Positions 58,557 through 64,000 of a DNA stretch of 64,000 bases are shown piece by piece (the stretch's first letter is position 1; each line of letters opens with the position of its first letter). The notes beneath the pieces are model-generated. The model ran no database searches. It was given only the letters and a program-made list of their open reading frames with translations, and was not told where the DNA came from. Made by a program: the position numbers and the translations under genes. This DNA comes from a virus (taxonomy: Duplodnaviria > Caudoviricetes). The stretch is from positions 21,954-85,953 of the IMG/VR virus record IMGVR_UViG_3300013383_000026. One strand, 5' to 3'.

Positions 58557-58735
58557 TTATCTTCCTCCTGTTCTTGATAATTATTTATATCAAAATCATC
58601 AGGCTCATTTTCACATCTTTGAGATAATGACAAATCTCTATAAGCCCAATAATCATTATAACTCATTTCAAACCAAATAATTGCTTCACCTCCTTGGTTC
58701 AAATGCATTATACCACAAAATCGGACATAAGTCAA
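58553..58735 (-). CDS. small acidic hypothetical protein (true start probably downstream, near 58680-58650)
   Basis: RBS GGAGGTG at ~58686-58692; stop overlaps the polymerase start. Confidence 0.4.
   Translation of the reverse strand: MTYVRFCGIMHLNQGGEAIIWFEMSYNDYWAYRDLSLSQRCENEPDDFDINNYQEQEEDN
58707..58735 (-). promoter_or_regulatory. sigma-A promoter driving RNA polymerase operon
   Basis: TTGACT-17 nt-TATAAT with extended TG. Confidence 0.75.
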
Positions 58736-58821
58736 ATAAATTATGTCCAGCTGCAGCTAATTAGAACTCTTTTGTAAAGAAAGTACCAAAGAAATATTAT
58801 AATATATTATATATTATAATA

Positions 58822-58850
58822 ATTATAACATAAATATAAATATTTGTCAA
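58822..58850 (-). promoter_or_regulatory. consensus sigma-A promoter (leftward, tandem)
   Basis: TTGACA-17 nt-TATAAT. Confidence 0.7.
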
Positions 58851-58894
58851 TAATAATATTTAATTAATTTATAATATATTATATTATTTATACA

Positions 58895-58923
58895 TTGACA
58901 AATTAACTAAGTTATATTATAAT
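58895..58923 (+). promoter_or_regulatory. consensus sigma-A promoter (rightward, tandem)
   Basis: TTGACA-17 nt-TATAAT. Confidence 0.7.
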
Positions 58924-58985
58924 TATTTAATAATATAATATTAAAGGGGTTGTAGGGGAAATTAAAAATTTTTATTAATTTCCTA

Positions 58986-59014
58986 TTGACAAGTAAAAAT
59001 CGATATGATATATT
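58986..59014 (+). promoter_or_regulatory. sigma-A promoter (rightward)
   Basis: TTGACA-17 nt-TATATT with extended TG; RBS AAAGGAG follows. Confidence 0.7.
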
Positions 59015-59038
59015 AGTAGCACAAAGGAGCTAAGATAT

Positions 59039-60154
59039 ATGAGTTTGTTTGATTCGATAAAAAGATATAACGCTCAAGTTGATGAGGCTAAGGCAAAATT
59101 GGCTGAAATTAATAAGCAAATTTATGAAGTCGAAAATAAAAAGAAAGCCATTGAAGTCGAATTAAATTCTGTTCAAAATCGACTTGATGCGACAAATATT
59201 TATATTGACCTTGGACAGACCTATATTCCAGCTCAAAGCCTTGATGAATTGGAACAGCAAAGAGTCGATTTGCAGAACGAAATTATTCATTCTCTCAATT
59301 TTGGACTTTGGCGAATTGAGCAACAAGTAACTCTGGATGATTCTATATCTAAAGGCAAAGCTCTTCAGAAAGCTCATGGTGATGGGCTGATGTATAGCAT
59401 GACAGCTTATATTGACTCCAAAGAAAAATCCATTACTTTGAATAATTATGAAGAATCAAAGCGTTTAATCGAAAAGAAATTCAATCAACTCCAAAAGAAA
59501 GCAGTTGCTATCGGCATATCGCTGAATAAAAATTATGTTGCTAAACGAATAGAAATGCTAAAACTTAAAGCCCAAATAAAAGAAGCTAATAAAATTCGTA
59601 AAGAGCAAGAAAGAAAAGAACGGGAACAACTTAGAGAAGAACAGAAATTGCTTGAAGAAGCTGAAAAAGAAAGGAAACAACTTAAAGCAGAAAAAGAAGC
59701 GATGGATGTTGCATTTGCTCATGCCCTTAGCGAATCTGAACGAGAAGAAATTAAATCTAAATTAGCTAATATAGATTTGAGGCTTGTCGATATTGATTAT
59801 CGTATAAATAATCCTAAAGCCGGTTATTTGTATATTATTTCTTCTCCGTCTTTACCTGATATGGTTAAAATAGGTGTAACTCGCCGTCTATCTGGGCCGA
59901 TGGCGAGAGTGAAGGAATTAAGCTCGTCAAGCCTGCCATTCCCGTTCAAACTTGAAGCCTATTGCTTTAATAACGACGCATTTGAGCTTGAATCAAATAT
60001 GCATAATTATTTTGATGCTTATAGAGTATCGCCCAATAGAGAGTTCTTTTATATTCCCATAGAACAAGCAATAGATGTATTAAAAAATAATTTTAATCAG
60101 GAGGTACATTATGGAACTTATGAAGAAAATATTGAAAGTGAGGATGATGAGTAA
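59039..60154 (+). CDS. coiled-coil DUF4041 / T5orf172 (GIY-YIG-like) protein
   Basis: YLYIISSPSL...VKIGVTRRL..ARVKELSSSSLPFPF...LE..MH..F..YRV..NREFF. Confidence 0.75.
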   Translation: MSLFDSIKRYNAQVDEAKAKLAEINKQIYEVENKKKAIEVELNSVQNRLDATNIYIDLGQTYIPAQSLDELEQQRVDLQNEIIHSLNFGLWRIEQQVTLDDSISKGKALQKAHGDGLMYSMTAYIDSKEKSITLNNYEESKRLIEKKFNQLQKKAVAIGISLNKNYVAKRIEMLKLKAQIKEANKIRKEQERKEREQLREEQKLLEEAEKERKQLKAEKEAMDVAFAHALSESEREEIKSKLANIDLRLVDIDYRINNPKAGYLYIISSPSLPDMVKIGVTRRLSGPMARVKELSSSSLPFPFKLEAYCFNNDAFELESNMHNYFDAYRVSPNREFFYIPIEQAIDVLKNNFNQEVHYGTYEENIESEDDE

Positions 60155-60643
60155 TTGACACACGAAAGATTTGAACAGCTACTTGATGAGCTTGACGGCG
60201 AAAGTCTGGTCACGCTCAAGGCTAAGAATCGAATATATAGCGCACCTAATGATGCCCTCCATAATTTTGCATCTGGCGCTGACATAAGTGGTTGCACTGA
60301 AGCTCAAGCTTGTTGGGGGTATCTTGTCAAGCATCTTGTAGCACTCAGAGATAAGATAAAAAATAATGATTTCTCGAACAAAGATGATCTCAAAGAGAAA
60401 TGCCAAGATAGTATAAATTATATTCGATTTATTTGGGCTATTGCTCACGAGGGCGAAGACACATCGTTTGATTATGATTTCAGTGGTGATATGGCAGACT
60501 GTTTTGAATGTAAATATAACAATGTCGAACATGATGGAATAACATGGAAAGAACCATGCAAGTCTTGTAAAAATGGTATACGAACAGATTCCCCACAATA
60601 CGAAATTGCGAAACTTAAATGGAAATCAATGGAGGATAAATAA
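60155..60643 (+). CDS. hypothetical protein (helical N-terminal domain, Cys-rich C-terminus)
   Basis: DALHNF...QACWGYLVKH; CFEC...CKSC. Confidence 0.55.
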   Translation: MTHERFEQLLDELDGESLVTLKAKNRIYSAPNDALHNFASGADISGCTEAQACWGYLVKHLVALRDKIKNNDFSNKDDLKEKCQDSINYIRFIWAIAHEGEDTSFDYDFSGDMADCFECKYNNVEHDGITWKEPCKSCKNGIRTDSPQYEIAKLKWKSMEDK

Positions 60644-60645
60644 TT

Positions 60646-60786
60646 ATGACAGTTAGAGAGCTTATAGAAGAACTTGAAGAAATTATCGATAAAAATCTTG
60701 AGGTAACTGATTCAGAGGGAATATCAATAACACAGATAGATATATGTAAAGATAATTGGGGATATAATTATGTCGAACTCGGTTAA
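60646..60786 (+). CDS. small hypothetical protein (46 aa, absent from track)
   Basis: MTVRELIEELEEIIDKNLEV...; RBS GGAGG. Confidence 0.55.
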   Translation: MTVRELIEELEEIIDKNLEVTDSEGISITQIDICKDNWGYNYVELG

Positions 60787-60922
60787 GGGCACATATGAAA
60801 TTCTTGATGATTTACATATGTTAATGGCTTATGGGCATACTGAATTTGTTCGAGATATAGCTAAAAATGCTATAAAATTAATTGAGATATTGTTAAAAGA
60901 AAGAGGTATAAATGAGCGGTAA
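60770..60922 (+). CDS. small hypothetical protein (50 aa, absent from track)
   Basis: MSNSVKGTYEILDDLHMLMAYG...; overlaps both neighbours. Confidence 0.4.
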   Translation: MSNSVKGTYEILDDLHMLMAYGHTEFVRDIAKNAIKLIEILLKERGINER

Positions 60923-62150
60923 TTATGATGTAGATGTTTTGCATACAATAGCAAGCACATCACCCGAAGTTGCTAAAATTCTTAAGAAAGAAATGAATCG
61001 ACAGGATAATACAGTCGAACTTATAGCAAGTGAGAATTATGTATCTGATGCTATCAAGGCGGCTTGTGGCAGTGTGTTCACGAATAAATATGCCGAAGGA
61101 AAGCCGTACACAAGATACTATGGTGGCTGTGAAAATGTCGACGAACTCGAATCTTATTGCCAAAAGAAATGGCTTGAGGTATTTGGCGTAACCGATATGT
61201 ATCACGTTAATGTTCAGCCTCATAGTGGTTCTCAGGCTAATATGGCGGCTTATATGGCTGTGCTTAATCCGGGTGATACTATTCTCTCTATGAGCCTTGA
61301 TAATGGGGGACATCTTTCGCATGGCTCTAAAGTTAATTTTAGTGGCAAGCTCTATAGTATCATCTCATACGATGTAGACTCTAATGGATTTATTGATTAT
61401 GAAGATTTAGAGAAAAAGATAAGGTATTATCAACCTAAGCTTATTCTCGCCGGTGCTAGTGCATATAGCCAGATAATTGATTTTAAGCGAATCCATAAAA
61501 TAATTGAAGCTGTGCGGCTTGATAGGTTTATCGGATATGATATAGATTATCAGCCTATTTTTATGGTTGATATGGCTCATATAGCTGGTCTTGTTGCTTG
61601 CGGTGAACACCCCTCTCCCTTTGGTTATGCAGATATTATCACAACTACTACTCATAAAACACTTAGAGGCCCGAGAGGCGGCTTGATATTCTGTAAGAAT
61701 AATTTAGCTAAAAAGATTGATTCAGCTGTTTTCCCCGGCATTCAGGGTGGCCCGCTTGAGCATATAATTGCAGCTAAGGCGATCTGCGCAGAAGAAGCAC
61801 TTACGTATGAATATCATCAATATATTTATAACGTCGTTAAAAGTTGTAAAGCAATGGCCGATGAATTTATTAAAATGGGCTATGATGTAATTACTGGTGG
61901 TACGGCCAATCATCTGTTTCTTATAGATCTCAGTAAAACTTATCCCAATCTTAGTGGCAAAATGGTACAAGATGAACTTGATAAACACAACATAACACTT
62001 AATAAAAATTGTGTGCCTAATGAAAAACGTAGCCCTATGCAAGCAAGCGGATTAAGAATTGGCACAGCAGCTCAGACCACTAAAGGTTGGAAAGAAGAAG
62101 ATTTTATTAATTGCGCTCATAAGATTGATGAGATAATTAAGAATATGTAA
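60912..62150 (+). CDS. glyA: serine hydroxymethyltransferase
   Basis: ELIASENY, NKYAEG..YYGGCE, NVQPHSGSQAN, GGHLSHG, DMAHIAGLV, TTTTHKTLRGPRGG. Confidence 0.95.
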   Translation: MSGNYDVDVLHTIASTSPEVAKILKKEMNRQDNTVELIASENYVSDAIKAACGSVFTNKYAEGKPYTRYYGGCENVDELESYCQKKWLEVFGVTDMYHVNVQPHSGSQANMAAYMAVLNPGDTILSMSLDNGGHLSHGSKVNFSGKLYSIISYDVDSNGFIDYEDLEKKIRYYQPKLILAGASAYSQIIDFKRIHKIIEAVRLDRFIGYDIDYQPIFMVDMAHIAGLVACGEHPSPFGYADIITTTTHKTLRGPRGGLIFCKNNLAKKIDSAVFPGIQGGPLEHIIAAKAICAEEALTYEYHQYIYNVVKSCKAMADEFIKMGYDVITGGTANHLFLIDLSKTYPNLSGKMVQDELDKHNITLNKNCVPNEKRSPMQASGLRIGTAAQTTKGWKEEDFINCAHKIDEIIKNM

Positions 62151-62153
62151 TAA

Positions 62154-62183
62154 AAAGAGGATGAATTGATTTTCATCCTCTTT
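62154..62183. terminator. bidirectional terminator
   Basis: AAAGAGGATGAA / TTCATCCTCTTT stem between convergent genes. Confidence 0.75.
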
Positions 62184-62185
62184 AT

Positions 62186-63250
62186 TTATGCGTTATCTAT
62201 TAATTCTTTATAATTAGTCTTACTCTCGTCATCGATACATACATCTACAAGCCCAGCCTTAATAGTCTCATATTTAGCCAATACTTGGCTTTTACTGTTT
62301 AAGATTTTATCTTGAGCAGCAAGGTTAAGTATTTTTTTTGCTTTTCGCCTTGAGCAAGTTATTTCTTCGGCAAGGCGCATATCAGGTATAATAAATTTAA
62401 TATCATAAAATTCTTCAATAGAATCGAACTGTAACCCTAATGCTTTTAGCTTATCTATATTTTCAGGTCGATTAATTAGCCGATTCCTTTCTTCAAGTAT
62501 TTGATAAAAATATATTTGCTTTATAGCCGTTCGATTTACAAATGCCCCATCACTTAGTTTCTTCCAGCCGACTTGATTACAAATATTATCTATAGCCTGA
62601 TTTTCTATACTAAATAAAATTTGATAAAGAGCTGTGCCCCTATCTTGATCTGAAGAGCTGATAGGAATAAATGATGTGGTAAAATCTTTGACTATTCTAA
62701 TGGCATATCCATCAAAATATTTTATTATCCGTTCTTGTTCCATTTTATGCAAAGCATTATATACTCTATCAGCCAAAAGATTGCCCATTACCTTGCAGGC
62801 CTCATATTCTTGCTCAAAAGGCCGAGAATAAATCATTTCTAATGTGGCACGCTTATCTTTGCTCATAATGACAGAATAATTATCATTAACCATTCCTATC
62901 TTATTGAGTAACGGGGTTCTTGTAAACCACACTGGCTGATATTGGTTTTTGGCTAAAATTTGGCAGATAGTTGTTTTGAATGACCAGTACCATTCATCTC
63001 TATCGTAATACGGCAATAGGGGTTCGTCTCTTATATCTATGATTCTATACTTGTTTTGTTTGCCAAAAGGAATGTTTTTTATTATAAGCAAATTAGCCAA
63101 GTCTCTAAACTGCTTTGCTTTATTTGTCTTACCAGAAACTCTATTTATCCCTAATTTATCGCACAACTCGCCATATTTATAATCTTGGCCTAAAAGTCCT
63201 TCAGCTATTGATATTATTGAATTTTCTTGCTCTTCAGAAAAACTATACAT
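62186..63250 (-). CDS. hypothetical protein (basic, possibly DNA-binding)
   Basis: ATG 63250 after GGAGG; long ORF with no recognised motif. Confidence 0.55.
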   Translation of the reverse strand: MYSFSEEQENSIISIAEGLLGQDYKYGELCDKLGINRVSGKTNKAKQFRDLANLLIIKNIPFGKQNKYRIIDIRDEPLLPYYDRDEWYWSFKTTICQILAKNQYQPVWFTRTPLLNKIGMVNDNYSVIMSKDKRATLEMIYSRPFEQEYEACKVMGNLLADRVYNALHKMEQERIIKYFDGYAIRIVKDFTTSFIPISSSDQDRGTALYQILFSIENQAIDNICNQVGWKKLSDGAFVNRTAIKQIYFYQILEERNRLINRPENIDKLKALGLQFDSIEEFYDIKFIIPDMRLAEEITCSRRKAKKILNLAAQDKILNSKSQVLAKYETIKAGLVDVCIDDESKTNYKELIDNA

Positions 63251-63349
63251 AGCGCCTCCTTGAAATATGTTAGACCTCCGACCAAGTGCGCCAATAGCAC
63301 TTGGCAGAATCCACAGAATCGGCATTATCAAAAAAATGTTCTAAACCCT

Positions 63350-64000
63350 ATAGTATATTTTATCTATAGGTTCGGCAACATTTTTTATTTAACCGCCTAT
63401 TCCACCACTATCATTCTATCATGTATATATCAATATGTCAATATATATAATTATTAATAATTTGTTAATTATATTTTTATTTCGATTTGTTGGGTTATGT
63501 GAGGTTGGTTTGTTAGAACTACACCTCAATTTTGCTTCAAATAAATTCCTTTTGTCCGAAATTAACCCCCCAATAATTTAACGATTTAATTAAATAAAGG
63601 GTGGTATATCCACCACATAATTATTATTATCTTGTATTAACAGTTTAGATTGATAAAGAATTACAACGAAATGTCGAATATAGTTACAGATTTGTTACAA
63701 TCTGTGTAAACTATATTCGTATTACGTACTGTTCATAGTTTATTAAAACAACTCAACAACTACACCCACTCCCATAACAATAATATAACAACAACGACTA
63801 CACCACACACCACTACACTACTACAAATATATAATAAATATATATAACATATATAAAATAAATACAATCAATAATATTATATAATATATATATATAGATA
63901 ATAATGTTAACATTTGCCCACAGATAGAATAATATATAAATATATAATTAAAATTATAATGACTATAATATGATCATATTATAGTCACCGATAGCCGGAG
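63350..64000. other. very AT-rich non-coding low-complexity region
   Basis: No credible ORF; (AT)n and ACA/ACC-rich runs at 63750-63990. Confidence 0.5.

Noticed and set aside
1-64000. tRNA genes, rRNA, CRISPR arrays, integrase, tail sheath
   Set aside because: None recognised by eye. A tRNAscan run could still find divergent tRNAs, and lifestyle cannot be judged from this window.

Overview
A 64-kb segment of a low-GC tailed dsDNA phage. The host is probably an anaerobic Firmicute, inferred from NrdDG, sigma-A-type promoters and AGGAGG ribosome-binding sites. The gene order resembles SPbeta. The left arm (1-10.8 kb, +) holds DNA and nucleotide metabolism genes: RecJ, IscS, RNA ligase, RecD2, NrdD/G, ThyX-like and dUTPase. 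A long minus-strand late block (11-58.7 kb) runs YonO-like RNA polymerase, holin, phosphoesterase, terminase, portal, protease/scaffold, capsid, neck, tail, tape measure, baseplate/fibres and endolysin. The right arm (59-62 kb, +) holds DUF4041-like and glyA genes. The dominant feature is invasion by self-splicing elements. I reconstructed 11 group I introns by hand: 5 in the tape-measure gene (which has a 24-nt micro-exon), 2 in the major tail gene, 1 in the major capsid gene, 1 in TerL (inside Walker A) and 2 in the RNA polymerase (one inside DxDGD). Seven obey the canonical U|...G| rule. Four restore the frame only if the 5' splice site lies one nucleotide upstream of the P1 U.G wobble (exon ends in G). 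One intron carries a promoter-driven membrane-protein gene instead of an endonuclease. Also notable are an HNH nuclease fused in frame inside ThyX with no splicing signature, a 75-bp near-identical element preceding two divergent GIY-YIG genes, and a ~2-kb high-GC block swapped into the fibre/endolysin region. All product calls come from recognised motifs only; no database search was run.
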